64,000 nt of DNA from an uncultured Flavobacteriaceae bacterium (GCA_963816375.1 CAWFKK010000005.1:7345-71344); one strand, 5' to 3'; counted from the first letter of the stretch, positions 1 through 10,992 are shown. Translations and numbers: made by a program. Notes: generated by a model from the letters alone, not told the origin.

Positions 1-2877
1 GAAAACCTATTACCTGGGACATGGTACATTACGATGTTCAGTTAATTGGTGGGGTTGCAATGCACCAGGGTAAAATTGCAGAGATGCAAACAGGGGAAGG
101 TAAAACCCTTGTGGCTACTTTACCAATGTATCTTAATGCGCTTACCGGAAATGGGGTTCACCTTAGTAACAGTGAATGATTACCTGGCAAAAAGAGATAG
201 CGCCTGGATGGCTCCACTTTTTCAATTTCATGGCTTAAGTGTAGATTGTATAGATTATCACCGACCAAATTCTGCTTCCAGACGTAAAGCATATAATGCA
301 GATATCACTTACGGAACAAATAACGAGTTTGGTTTTGATTATTTGAGAGATAACATGTCTCACTCCCCTAATGATCTGGTTCAACGCGATCCAAACTATG
401 CAATTGTAGATGAGGTGGATTCTGTATTGGTAGATGACGCAAGAACACCATTAATCATTTCCGGACCAATTCCAAAAGGAGATATTCATGAATTTGAAGT
501 TTTAAAACCTTCTATTCATAATGTTGTTGAAGTTCAAAGACAACAATTAAATAAAACTTTAGCCGAGGCTAAAAAATTAATAGCAGCAGGAGACACCAAA
601 GAAGGTGGACTTCAGTTATTAAGAGTTCATAGAGGTTTACCTAGAAATAAGGCACTTATTAAATATTTAAGTGAAGAAGGAGTAAAACAATTGCTTCAAA
701 AAACCGAAAATCATTACATGTCAGACAACAACCGCGAAATGCCTAAGGTTGATGAGGAGCTGTACTTTGTAATAGATGAAAAGAACAATCAGATAGATCT
801 TACAGATAAAGGGGTGGAATATCTTTCTGGGAAAGATGATCCAGACTTCTTCGTTATGCCGGAGATAGGAATGGAGATCGCTAAGATTGAAAATGAAGGT
901 CTTACCAAAGAAGAAGAAGCTGAAAAGAAAGAAGAACTTTTTAGAGACTATAGCATTAAGAGCGAGCGTATTCACACCATGAGACAATTGCTTAAAGCTT
1001 ATACTTTATTTGAAAAAGACACAGAATATGTGGTGATTGAAAATAAAGTGAAGATTGTAGATGAGCAAACCGGTCGTATCATGGAAGGGCGTAGATATAG
1101 CGATGGATTGCACCAGGCTATTGAAGCGAAAGAAAGTGTGAAAATTGAAGATGCTACCCAAACTTTTGCAACCGTAACACTTCAGAATTATTTTAGAATG
1201 TACCGTAAACTGTCTGGTATGACAGGTACTGCGGTTACAGAAGCTGGAGAATTATGGGAGATCTACAAATTAGATGTGGTGGAAATTCCAACCAACCGTC
1301 CAATTGCACGTTTTGATAAAGAAGATCTTGTTTATAAAACCAAACGTGAAAAATTCAATGCAGTTATTGAGCAAGTAACAGAACTTTCTAATGCTGGAAG
1401 ACCGGTATTAATTGGTACTACTTCTGTGGAAATTTCAGAATTATTAAGCCGAATGCTTAAGCTGAGAAATGTTCCTCATAACGTATTGAATGCGAAATTA
1501 CATAAGAAAGAAGCAGATATTGTTGCCGAAGCAGGTAACTCAGGAATTGTGACCATTGCCACCAACATGGCGGGTCGTGGTACCGATATTAAATTGAGCA
1601 AAGAAGTGAAAGATGCGGGCGGACTTGCCATTATTGGTACAGAACGTCATGATTCCAGACGTGTAGACAGACAGTTAAGAGGTCGTGCTGGACGTCAGGG
1701 AGATCCGGGAAGTTCTCAGTTCTATGTTTCATTAGAAGATAACCTGATGCGTTTATTTGGATCTGAGCGTATTGCTAAGTTAATGGATAGAATGGGTCTG
1801 GAAGAAGGGGAAGTAATTCAGCATTCTATGATCTCCAAATCTATTGAGAGAGCTCAGAAAAAAGTTGAAGAGAACAACTTTGGAGTTCGTAAGAGATTAT
1901 TGGAGTATGATGATGTAATGAACGCGCAAAGAGAAGTGATCTACAAACGTAGATATCATGCACTTTTTGGAGATAGATTGAAAGTGGATATCGCCAATAT
2001 GATATTTGATACTGTAGAATCTATTGTAGAGATCAATAAAACAGCAAACGATTATAAGAATTTTGAATTTGAACTTATTAGATATTTCTCTATGAGTTCT
2101 CCTGTTTCTGAAGCAGACTTCGCGAAGATGGATGAGCAAAAAATTGCAGGAATTGTTTACAAAGCTGCTTATGCTCATTATCATGATAAGATGGAACGCA
2201 CTGCAAAAATGGCCTTCCCAATTATTAAACAAGTGTATGAAGATCCGGCTAATAACTTTGAGAGAATTTCAGTTCCATTTACAGATGGAAACAAAAGTCT
2301 TCAGGTTGTTACCAACTTAGAAAAAGCATATGAATCTGAAGGAAAACAGTTAACTAAAGATTTTGAGAAGAATATTACGCTTGCAATTATAGATGAATCC
2401 TGGAAAACGCATTTGCGTAAGATGGATGAGTTAAAGCAAAGTGTACAGTTAGCAGTTCACGAACAAAAAGACCCTTTATTGATCTATAAATTTGAAGCTT
2501 TTGAATTATTCAAAGTGATGATAGACCAGGTGAATAAAGATGTGATCTCCTTCTTATTTAAAGGGGAAATTCCGGAAGGAAATACTTCTAATATTCAGGA
2601 AGCTCGTCAGCCTAGAAGAAGAGAACAAGTGGAAACCACTAAAGAAGAAATTCCTAATCTAGACGAACGTGCTGCACAAAGTCGTGCTGCAGGACAACAA
2701 ACTCAGCAAAGACCACAGAAAACTGAAACCATAGTAAGAGATCAACCTAAGATCAATAGAAATGATAAGGTGACGCTTAAAAATGTGATGACTGGGGAAA
2801 GCAAGACCATGAAATACAAACAGGCAATTCCGTTAATAGATAATGGAGACTGGGTGGTTACAGAACATCAGCATTAA
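1..2877 (+). CDS. secA: Preprotein translocase ATPase SecA (5' end outside window; +1 frameshift near 165)
   Basis: Frame 3 from the window start reads ...[15 protein letters not shown] (Walker A). After an extra base near 165 the ORF continues [58 protein letters not shown]. Confidence 0.98.
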
Positions 2878-2892
2878 TTGAAATTTCATAAT

Positions 2893-2928
2893 AAAAAAAG
2901 ATCCCGATAAATTCGGGATCTTTTTTTT
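2893..2928. terminator. Bidirectional intrinsic terminator
   Basis: A7-GATCCCGA-taaat-TCGGGATC-T8 between convergent genes. Confidence 0.9.
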
Positions 2929-2942
2929 ATATCTATTTAAAT

Positions 2943-3324
2943 CTAGTGATATTGTTTTTCCAGAAATCTATTAAGTAGTGGAATCTGCAGAAAGAATAAA
3001 GAAACAAATCCTACCGCATAGACCATCGTAGTAGATAATTTAAATTGAGGAAATTTAACCGAATCTAAGTAAGGAAAAATCTAAAAGCATTGGTGTTTCT
3101 GCAGTTATAAAATACAATCCGCAAACAAATACTATTACAAAGCCTGCAAGAATTATCCAGGCATTTTTAGATATAAGAGGTTGATAAATTACGGGTTTTA
3201 TCTTCTGTTTTGCAGCAATCGCCTGCATTACAGAATTTGTAAAATCTACAGATGTTGTTTCATTTCCAACTTCGCGAAGTAAGTTTTTAATTAAAACCTC
3301 TTCTTTTTCAAATTGCTCTTTCAT
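2943..3324 (-). CDS. Putative membrane anti-sigma factor (frameshift near 3070)
   Basis: Overlaps the ECF sigma stop. Contains the SVDFTNSVM motif then TM helices; the alternate frame continues ...VYAVGFVSLFFLQIPLL to a stop at 2943. Confidence 0.6.
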
Positions 3325-3895
3325 TGGTCTTTAATTTTTCTGGATGTATAGAATCTTTTAATAACGTAAATAATCTTTTTCTGCTCCGGTAAAGTTTCAC
3401 TTTTATATTGTCTTCTGTTAATGCCGTAATATCTACAATTTCTTTCACAGAGAGTTCATCAAAATAATACATGGTAATAATTGCCGCTTCTACTTCTCCT
3501 AATTGCAAAATGCAGTTCTGAATAATTTGCTTTCGCTCTTCATCAATTATATATTTTAAGGCATTTTCAATATCAACAATCTCCCCTTCCGTTTGATCTT
3601 CAATAAGCTCAAGATGTTGATTTCTTTTATTGATCTTTAATTTATCCAAAGCCTTTCTATATGCAATTCTATAGATCCAGGTAGAAAATTTTGCTTCCCC
3701 TCTAAAAGTAGGTAATGCTTCAAAAGCTTTTAAAAAGGCATCTTGTGTTACTTCTTCTGCATCTTCTCTCACTTTCAACATTCTGTAGACCACTGTAAAA
3801 ATGTAATCTTTATAGCGCGCAACCAATACCCCAAAAGACTTAGTATCGCCTTTTAGCACATTCTCGATCAAGGTTTGGTCTTCTACTTTCTTCAT
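3308..3895 (-). CDS. ECF RNA polymerase sigma factor
   Basis: DAEEVTQDAFLKAF, FSTWIYRIA (region 2); VKVKLYRSRKRL-like region 4. Confidence 0.95.
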   Translation of the reverse strand: MKKVEDQTLIENVLKGDTKSFGVLVARYKDYIFTVVYRMLKVREDAEEVTQDAFLKAFEALPTFRGEAKFSTWIYRIAYRKALDKLKINKRNQHLELIEDQTEGEIVDIENALKYIIDEERKQIIQNCILQLGEVEAAIITMYYFDELSVKEIVDITALTEDNIKVKLYRSRKRLFTLLKDSIHPEKLKTNERAI

Positions 3896-3905
3896 TTTTA
3901 TATAA

Positions 3906-3932
3906 GACGCTGAAAATCAAATTTTGGTTACA
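3906..3932 (-). promoter_or_regulatory. ECF-type promoter TGTAAC-N17-CGTC for the sigma gene
   Basis: Minus strand TGTAAC caaaatttgattttcag CGTC just upstream of the sigma ATG; matches the general ECF AAC/CGT consensus. Confidence 0.7.
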
Positions 3933-3986
3933 CTTTTATCGAATAAAATATTCTTTTTCAGAAAATTGAAAGAATTTTGATTTTGC

Positions 3987-4013
3987 TGTAACCTAAATTG
4001 AAAAGTTGTCGTC
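3987..4013 (+). promoter_or_regulatory. ECF-type promoter TGTAAC-N17-CGTC for the divergent gene
   Basis: TGTAAC ctaaattgaaaagttgt CGTC; same boxes and spacing as the minus-strand copy. Confidence 0.7.
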
Positions 4014-4058
4014 CTATAAGAAAACGAACATTTATTATAAACTTAAAAAACATTCATC

Positions 4059-4409
4059 ATGGGATCTGAAGTAATTGTTTTACCCGTAATTTTTGGAACT
4101 TTATTCGGAATATTCTACTTGTATATTTCAGCCAGAAATAGAGAACGCCTTGCATTAATAGAAAAAGGAGCAGAAGCTTCCATCTTTTACAGCAACGCCA
4201 AAAGAGTAACTCCTATTTGGAAAGTGGTAGTATTAAACTTAGCCCTGCTCTTAATGGGGATAGGATTAGGAATATTTATAGCTAATATTCTTACTTACAA
4301 TCTCAATGTGGAGGAAGATGTAGCCTTTCCTGGAACCATCTTTTTAATGGCGGGAATAGGACTTTTTATGGGTTACTTCCTCACTAAAAAGTTGAATAAG
4401 GACGCTTAA
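4059..4409 (+). CDS. Small membrane protein (DUF6249-like)
   Basis: RNRERLALIEKG motif plus three TM segments; this family typically lies next to Bacteroidota ECF sigmas. Confidence 0.75.
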   Translation: MGSEVIVLPVIFGTLFGIFYLYISARNRERLALIEKGAEASIFYSNAKRVTPIWKVVVLNLALLLMGIGLGIFIANILTYNLNVEEDVAFPGTIFLMAGIGLFMGYFLTKKLNKDA

Positions 4410-4430
4410 ATTATCACAATCTCATCAATC

Positions 4431-4460
4431 AACCCCAAAGATTCGTTTTTGGGGTTTTTT
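4431..4460 (+). terminator. Intrinsic terminator
   Basis: AACCCCAAA...TTTGGGGTT followed by a T-run. Confidence 0.8.
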
Positions 4461-4517
4461 ATTTTGTAGATAGATCCTTCTAACAATTTAGATGAAATGT
4501 TATTATCTCCTTGCATA

Positions 4518-4745
4518 GTTCTCGACTTCGCTCGAACAGACAAAAAAAGAAATGATTAAGGAATTGTCAGGTTGAGTGTAGTTGAAATGTCATTTTAGAG
4601 GTTTGTTCGCTAATGAAAACCTGCTTTTTTTGTAGCAATAGTGTTCCATCACCCTGTTCCGATAGCTATCGGAATTATTTCAGGGTCTAACTATATTATA
4701 TTGATTTACTCCTTCATAAGATTCTGAAACAAGTTCAGAATGACG
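4518..4745. repeat. Cluster of REP-like palindromic repeats (two families)
   Basis: GTTCTCGACTTCGCTCGAACAGACA (4518-4542) with a degenerate inverse copy (4565-4587); CATCACCCTG...TTTCAGGGTCT (4647-4688) and AGATTCTGAAACAAGTTCAGAATGACG (4719-4745). Confidence 0.8.
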
Positions 4746-4859
4746 TCGCTTCTCGATTTATTAGACTTTTCACCCCCTGAAACCCGATTATAATAGATAA
4801 AAATCATCTTAGTAACTCAATATTTACTAATTTTAACATTCTAATTAATGCTACTTACT

Positions 4860-5355
4860 ATGAAGAATTTTTCTATTGAAATTAAATGGGGAGTTATATT
4901 TTTTATCGCCGGGCTTGTCTGGGTGATGTTCGAAAAATTAATGGGATGGCATGATGAGCATATAGATCAACAAACTATTTATAGCAATCTATTCGGCTTT
5001 ATTGCCGTATTTATTTACTATTTAGGATTAAGAGATAAAAAGAAGAATTTTTATAATGGGGTGATGGACTGGAAGCAGGGCTTTGTTGCCGGATTGGTTA
5101 TAACCATTGTGGTTTCCATCTTATCGCCGATCTCTCAATATATTACAAGCACTTATATAAGTCCAAATTACTTCAGCAATATGATCACCTATGTTTCTGA
5201 AAATACTGCAATGACAAGAGAACAGGCCGAAGTTTTTTACAATTTAAAAACTACCATGATTCGAGGTAGCATTTTCAGCTTTAGCAATGGGAGTAGTGAC
5301 TTCTGCATTAGTAGCATGGTTTGTTAGATCGAAAAAACCTGAAGTGAAATCTTAA
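4860..5355 (+). CDS. DUF4199-family membrane protein (frameshift near 5280)
   Basis: IEIKWGVIF...WKQGFVAG...ISPNYF; the alternate frame supplies the last TM helix (AMGVVTSALVAWFV). Confidence 0.75.
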
Positions 5356-5359
5356 AGAA

Positions 5360-6070
5360 TTATTTAATTTTTAAAAGCAAATTAGGATCCGGACAGTTCT
5401 TTAAATAAAAAGGACGGTCTTCTTTAGAAACCACTCCGGGATAATCTCCAATATTTCCTTGAAGATCTTCAATGATCTGAAAATGTAAATGTGGCGCATA
5501 ATCTCCATTTACTTTGTGAGATCCAAGATTACCAATCTTATCTCCTGCTTCCACAATTTGTCCGAAAGCAAGATTTTTAATACACTGTCTGGTTAGATGC
5601 CCGTACAAAGTATAAAAGGTTCTTTCATCTATAAAATGTTCCAGAATAATTGTTGGTCCATAATTTCCAAAACCTTCATTGTCTTTAAAACTATGAACCG
5701 TTCCATCTAATGGTGCAATAACAGCGGTTCCAGCATCACACCAAAGATCAATACCTATATGTATATCCCTGGAAACTTCAGCTTTATCATCATTAAAAAT
5801 AACGCTTCGCTGATATAGATTTCTCTTTTCATCATATCCCCCAAAAGCGACTTTCTTTTTACGCTTCGCTAAATAATCGTGAATCTTCTCCTGAAGAATC
5901 CCAGATGATGGAATTTTGATCTCTTTCAATTCTTTACTCACATCAGATAGATCTATATGTGCAAAATCTTTGTTGGTAAAAGAAGCATCTATTACCGGAG
6001 TAAAATCTTGAGTACATTCTTTGATGAACTCTGAAAAATTGAAAGTTGACATAAGATCATTTTTTTTCAA
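5360..6070 (-). CDS. M23-family metalloendopeptidase
   Basis: HIGID (HxxxD), TLYGHL and PHLHFQ (HxH) zinc motifs. Confidence 0.9.
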   Translation of the reverse strand: MKKNDLMSTFNFSEFIKECTQDFTPVIDASFTNKDFAHIDLSDVSKELKEIKIPSSGILQEKIHDYLAKRKKKVAFGGYDEKRNLYQRSVIFNDDKAEVSRDIHIGIDLWCDAGTAVIAPLDGTVHSFKDNEGFGNYGPTIILEHFIDERTFYTLYGHLTRQCIKNLAFGQIVEAGDKIGNLGSHKVNGDYAPHLHFQIIEDLQGNIGDYPGVVSKEDRPFYLKNCPDPNLLLKIK

Positions 6071-6077
6071 AAATAAC

Positions 6078-7460
6078 CTATTTTACCAGAACATCACTAA
6101 ACCTTGCTTTAATAGATATTAAAGAAGAACTACTCTGATTTTTATAGAAACCATTCAAGCTTAAATTATCATAAGATTTTGAAGATTTAATAGTAGAAGC
6201 CTTTGGATAAGAGATCTCACTTTGGGTTCCGTTGTAATTAAAACTGGTAGCCGAGGCAGGCAAGCTTAGCACTAATTCGCTATTCTCTACGTTAATATCA
6301 AGATTCTTAAATCCTGGTGCCAGCTTATCTATTTTAAGTTTTCCAAAATTTCCTGAAAGTATTCCTGTTTCTGAAATCTCACCAAAAACTACATCGCTGG
6401 AGTTAGAGATCAATTTAATACTCCGCGCACTTTTTATAAAACAATCGTTCACATAACTGGTATTTAAAATTCCGTAGTTCCATTGTCCTATACTTACAGG
6501 GGTGTAAGAAACTTTGATGTCGGTTTTATCTCCATCAATAGTGGTTGCCTTAAAATTACTGTGCGATAAAGTAGCCTTTAGATTCGTTGTTTTTCTATTC
6601 AAATTCACATCTCCATGACGCACATCCATTTTTATTACCGCATTTTTAGGAACTTTTATTTTAATAGATCTTACGGCCTTTGAAGAAGAATTTATATACA
6701 TCTTATTTCCAGCTTTTTCATTTTCTTTTCCTTCCATCTCTCTCTCAAAATTCTCTCCCCATTGCTCCATCTGTTTTCCAAAATTTTCACCCCATTTCTC
6801 CATGTCGGCTTCAAATTTTTTCTCCATTCCTTCTGAATTCTTTTCTACCTGGGCTTGCCATACTTCGGCATTTTTCTCGAATTGTTTTCCCCATTCTTCC
6901 ATAGACTTTTGAAAATCATCACCAAAATTATCTTCTACCTGCTTTTCCCATTTCTTCATGTATTTTTCGCCATCTTTTTGATAGGCTTGATAATCAAAAT
7001 TCAGATTTCCCATTTTAGAATAGAACTCCTGTGGTAATTGCGGAATTGGCATATCTTTTAAAATTGGCCCAACAAGATCTGTTACCATGGGCCTATCAAA
7101 TTTTGAAGTTGTCCTAAAGAACTGCTAATTCCTTCCATGTCAATATCCGGCCCTACAGACATTCCTCCTCCAGAATTAATGGTATTTCAGAAGCGCTACC
7201 GCTAGAAGTAAGATTCCATTCGCTTAAAAGCTTTTTAGTTTCTTCCTTATTCAGTTTTTCTGAATTTAAATAAGCTTCTATAGAAACTTCATTTTTATCC
7301 CAATTCTCTATCTGCAAATTGGTATGTTTTGAATTGATCTTTACCGAAACATCCGGATTTACCTTATATTGTTTATCCATTTTTTTGGTCTGCGCAAAAG
7401 TAAGGCTAGATGAAACCAGGAAAATAAGCAGAGTGAAATTTTATACTTGTACGTTTTCAT
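6078..7460 (-). CDS. Secreted DUF4097/adhesin-like protein with central helical repeats (frameshifted into pieces)
   Basis: Signal peptide; N-terminal VSVKINSKHTNLQIENWDKNEVSIEA; W-G-E-N-F repeats; beta-rich C-terminus; third gene of the ECF operon. Confidence 0.65.
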
Positions 7461-8037
7461 AATTATTATTTTTTGATTTTTTAAGGTCGTTAAGTTTGTT
7501 TTTTAGCTTGAACAATAATTCCAATCTTAATTGTAGATTATTGATCATGGCTTGAACCGTTTGTTCATTGATTCCGGTTTCGTTGAGATCTGAATTTAAA
7601 CGCTGATACTCTTTATCCAATTCAGACAATTCTGCCATAAAAGAATCTATCAGCAATTTATTATCTTCATTAATCTCCAATTTTGCCAGTTCCATATTGA
7701 TCCCGGCCAGATAATAATTTTCTATCTTCTTAAATTCTGGAGAGATCTCACTTAACTGAATATTCTCTTTCTTTTCTACAGATTTTGTAGTGTTCTCTAC
7801 CGGAGTATCTGCAACCTGAATTTCAGATTGTGGCTGCATAGAATTAAAATAGAAGAAAGCTACTCCTACAGCTACTATTAGCACTGCCGCTATCTTAAGA
7901 AATAAGAAATTATTGCTCTTCTTCTCCCTACCAAATTCTTTATCCAGTTTCTGTTCAAACCGTTTTTGATGTCCTCGCTCCAACTTTCCTTCAGCCAGAG
8001 ATCCATTTTTGAACATCTCTCTAATATCCTGTGCCAT
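7441..8037 (-). CDS. Anti-sigma factor (single TM)
   Basis: GHQKRFEQKL, one TM helix, C-terminal AMINNLQLRLELL; overlaps the sigma stop. Confidence 0.75.
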   Translation of the reverse strand: MAQDIREMFKNGSLAEGKLERGHQKRFEQKLDKEFGREKKSNNFLFLKIAAVLIVAVGVAFFYFNSMQPQSEIQVADTPVENTTKSVEKKENIQLSEISPEFKKIENYYLAGINMELAKLEINEDNKLLIDSFMAELSELDKEYQRLNSDLNETGINEQTVQAMINNLQLRLELLFKLKNKLNDLKKSKNNNYENVQV

Positions 8038-8569
8038 CTTTAATTAATTTAAGTTCTTCTTGTAGCTTTTTCTTTCCTCTATGAACCAGGGTTCTGGAAG
8101 CTACTCCAGATATATTCAATATTTCTGAAATTTCCTGATGATCATAGCCTTCAATTAGAAATAACATTAATGGGTATTTATATTTCTCAGGTAAATTTTC
8201 GATAGTTTTCACCACAGTGTCAATTCCAATTCCATCTTCAATTTGCCAGCTATTATCATCATCTTCTACCACTTCTAAGGTTTGTTCATTTAAAGCCACC
8301 AATTCCATTCTCTTAGCTTTCAGTTTATCTATACATTTATTGATCACAATTCTTTTAAGCCATGCCCCAAATGTTACTTCTCCTTCAAACTGATGAAGTT
8401 TCAAAAAAGCTTTTATAAAGGCTTCCTGCATTGCATCTTCAGCTTCAAAAGAATCTCTCAGAAATCTGTGCGCCACTATAAACATGCCTTCACAATACTT
8501 ATTATAAAGCTTTACTTGTGCTCTCCTGTTATTGGCACGACAATCCTGAATGAGTTGATGTGTTAACAA
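8021..8569 (-). CDS. ECF RNA polymerase sigma factor
   Basis: AEDAMQEAFIKAF, FGAWLKRIVIN, EGYDHQEISEILNIS. Confidence 0.95.
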   Translation of the reverse strand: MLTHQLIQDCRANNRRAQVKLYNKYCEGMFIVAHRFLRDSFEAEDAMQEAFIKAFLKLHQFEGEVTFGAWLKRIVINKCIDKLKAKRMELVALNEQTLEVVEDDDNSWQIEDGIGIDTVVKTIENLPEKYKYPLMLFLIEGYDHQEISEILNISGVASRTLVHRGKKKLQEELKLIKDGTGY

Positions 8570-8602
8570 AATTGATATTGGTTAGTTGGTTCTCATCTTA
8601 AA

Positions 8603-8628
8603 GACGATCTTAAATATACGATGTTGCA
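8603..8628 (-). promoter_or_regulatory. ECF-type autoregulatory promoter TGCAAC-N16-CGTC
   Basis: Minus strand TGCAAC atcgtatatttaagat CGTC upstream of the sigma gene. Confidence 0.65.
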
Positions 8629-8753
8629 AAATTTAATTTTTATTTTAAAATTATGTGGGATTTATATTGATCTGTGTATAAATTAAGTATTCATTTGGCT
8701 TCATTTTTGTATTTTGGAGAATGATGATCATTATTTTTGATTAGATTAAGACC

Positions 8754-9350
8754 ATGAAAAAGTACATTTTATTAGGGTTAAAGATTCTTAGTGGTGGTAA
8801 TGCTGATAGTATTAGGGAAGTTATTCTATGACAGATATGCAACCAAAGCTTATAGCCCAGAAGAGACGGTAACCTATGAAGAGAATTCTTTAGACCTTGA
8901 AGTTTTTTATAATAGACCTTATAAAAAAGACCGGGTGATCTTTGGAGGATTGGTTCCTTATGGCCAAGTATGGCGAACAGGAGCAAATGAAGCTACCACT
9001 TTTTCTACCAATGAAGATCTTTTAATTGATGGCTCTACCTTAGAAGCCGGGAAGTATACCTTATGGACGATCCCTATGGAAAATTCCTGGAAGGTAATCT
9101 TTAACTCCAAAATGTATCCCTGGGGAATCAATCTAGACCAAAACCTTACAGAGAGCCGGAGTTTGATGCTTTGGTTATAGAAATACCTACCGAGCATAGA
9201 AAAGATACTCTGGAACAATTCAGTATTTATTTCGAGAAAGATCATGACTTTGTAGATCTTACTTTAAGTTGGGATCAAACAAAAGTTCGTATTCCTATAA
9301 AACCAGAAAAAGAGGCATCTAAGACACCTCTTTCATATAATTTAAACTAA
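8754..9350 (+). CDS. DUF2911-domain protein (two frameshifts)
   Basis: YNRPYKKDRVIFGGLVPYGQVWRTGANEAT signature. Confidence 0.85.
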
Positions 9351-9357
9351 AAATAGC

Positions 9358-9789
9358 TTACTCCTCGTCTAACATTAAATTAAGAGTAACGTCTATATTA
9401 TCTCTTGTTGCTCTAGAATAAGGACAAATTTCATGAGCTTCATTTACCAATTTCTCACCGGTTTCTACATCTACTCCTGGCAAATAAGAATCTAAAATTA
9501 CTGCCAATTGAAGATCTCCTTCGTCGGTAGTTCCAATTTTTACTGTTGCGGTAACATTAAAATCCTCACCTAATTCTACTTTATGTTTTTTAGCTACTAA
9601 TTGTAATGCGCTACCATAACAAGCAGAATATCCGGCAGCAAAAAGTTGTTCAGGATTAGTTCCATCTCCTCCTTTTCCACCAAGACCTTTTGCTAAACTC
9701 AAGTCCATATCTAATACGCCATCATCACTCTTTACATGACCGTCACGGCCACCTTCGGTAGTTGCTTTGGCTTTGTACAATGTCTTCAT
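9358..9789 (-). CDS. ohr: Organic hydroperoxide resistance protein
   Basis: GGRDG, TNPEQLFAAGYSACY and AHEICPYSRA motifs with both catalytic Cys. Confidence 0.95.
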   Translation of the reverse strand: MKTLYKAKATTEGGRDGHVKSDDGVLDMDLSLAKGLGGKGGDGTNPEQLFAAGYSACYGSALQLVAKKHKVELGEDFNVTATVKIGTTDEGDLQLAVILDSYLPGVDVETGEKLVNEAHEICPYSRATRDNIDVTLNLMLDEE

Positions 9790-9891
9790 CTTACTAATTT
9801 TTGATTAATTTTATATAAATTTGAAGATACCACTTAAGCATATTTTCACAACACAACTATTCATAAATTTGTCATAAATCTTGATTTAATT

Positions 9892-10992
9892 TTGACCAAA
9901 AAGCAATCAAATTCCGCCTTAAACCAATCGCAAAGCACGCCTTCTTCTCCAAAGATAAACCCTAATTCTATCAATAAGATCAAGGCCTCGCGGAAGAAGG
10001 TATATTCTCATGACGAATTATTATCAAAGCTTTTAGAGGGAAACAAAACTGCCCTAGGAAAAGCTATTACCCTGGTTGAGAGCAATCAAATAGAACATCA
10101 ACAAAAGGCAGAGAAACTTATTGAAGCTTGTTTACCTTATGCTCATAAATCTATTAGAATTGGAATAACCGGGGTTCCAGGAGTTGGAAAAAGCACCTTT
10201 ATTGAGGCTTTAGGCAGTTATCTGGTAAAGCAAGGAAGTAAGGTTGCGGTTTTGGCAGTAGATCCAACAAGTACCGTTTCTCACGGAAGTATTTTAGGAG
10301 ATAAAACCCGAATGGAAAATCTGGTTACCGAGGAAAATGCCTTTATTCGTCCCTCTCCTTCCGGAGATTCCTTAGGCGGGGTAGCAAGAAAGACCCGAGA
10401 AAGTATTATTCTTTGCGAAGCCGCAGGTTTTGATGTTATCTTAATTGAAACCGTTGGGGTTGGACAAAGCGAGACCACCGTGCACAGTATGACAGATTTC
10501 TTTTTGTTACTGAAATTGGCCGGAGCCGGAGATGAACTTCAGGGAATTAAAAGAGGAATTATAGAAATGGCAGATGCTATAGTGATCAATAAGGCTGATG
10601 GCGAAAATCAAAAAGCGGCAAGAGAAGCTCGTCTTGATTTTAAAAGGGCATTACATCTTTATCCGCCTAAACAAAGCGATTGGCAGCCAAAGGTTTTGTT
10701 ATGCAGTGCACTTAACCAAACCGGCGTAGACGAAATTTGGAATCTAATTCAAGAATATAAAACAAAAGTTTCAGAAAGTGGATATTTCGATAAAAACAGA
10801 CATGAACAAAACAAATTCTGGCTCCTACAAACCATCAATGAACATTTAAAAAATAGATTTTATAAAAATCCTGTTATCAAAAAAGAATTAGATCTCCAAC
10901 TAGAGGCTATAGAAAACAATGAAACCACCCCTTTTGTTGCTGCTAATTATTTGCTGGAAAAATATATGGAAGAGAGAAAGAGTAGTGAGTAG
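9892..10992 (+). CDS. meaB: Methylmalonyl-CoA mutase-associated GTPase
   Basis: GITGVPGVGKST, AVDPTS, GSILGDKTRM, ETVGVGQSE, GDELQGIKRG, NKAD. Confidence 0.95.
   Translation: MTKKQSNSALNQSQSTPSSPKINPNSINKIKASRKKVYSHDELLSKLLEGNKTALGKAITLVESNQIEHQQKAEKLIEACLPYAHKSIRIGITGVPGVGKSTFIEALGSYLVKQGSKVAVLAVDPTSTVSHGSILGDKTRMENLVTEENAFIRPSPSGDSLGGVARKTRESIILCEAAGFDVILIETVGVGQSETTVHSMTDFFLLLKLAGAGDELQGIKRGIIEMADAIVINKADGENQKAAREARLDFKRALHLYPPKQSDWQPKVLLCSALNQTGVDEIWNLIQEYKTKVSESGYFDKNRHEQNKFWLLQTINEHLKNRFYKNPVIKKELDLQLEAIENNETTPFVAANYLLEKYMEERKSSE

Noticed and set aside
721-2320. Short antisense/alternate-frame ORFs inside secA (and similar ones inside ilvE, glnN, the antiporter and csgA)
   Set aside because: They are shadow ORFs fully overlapping well-supported genes and have no recognisable motifs.
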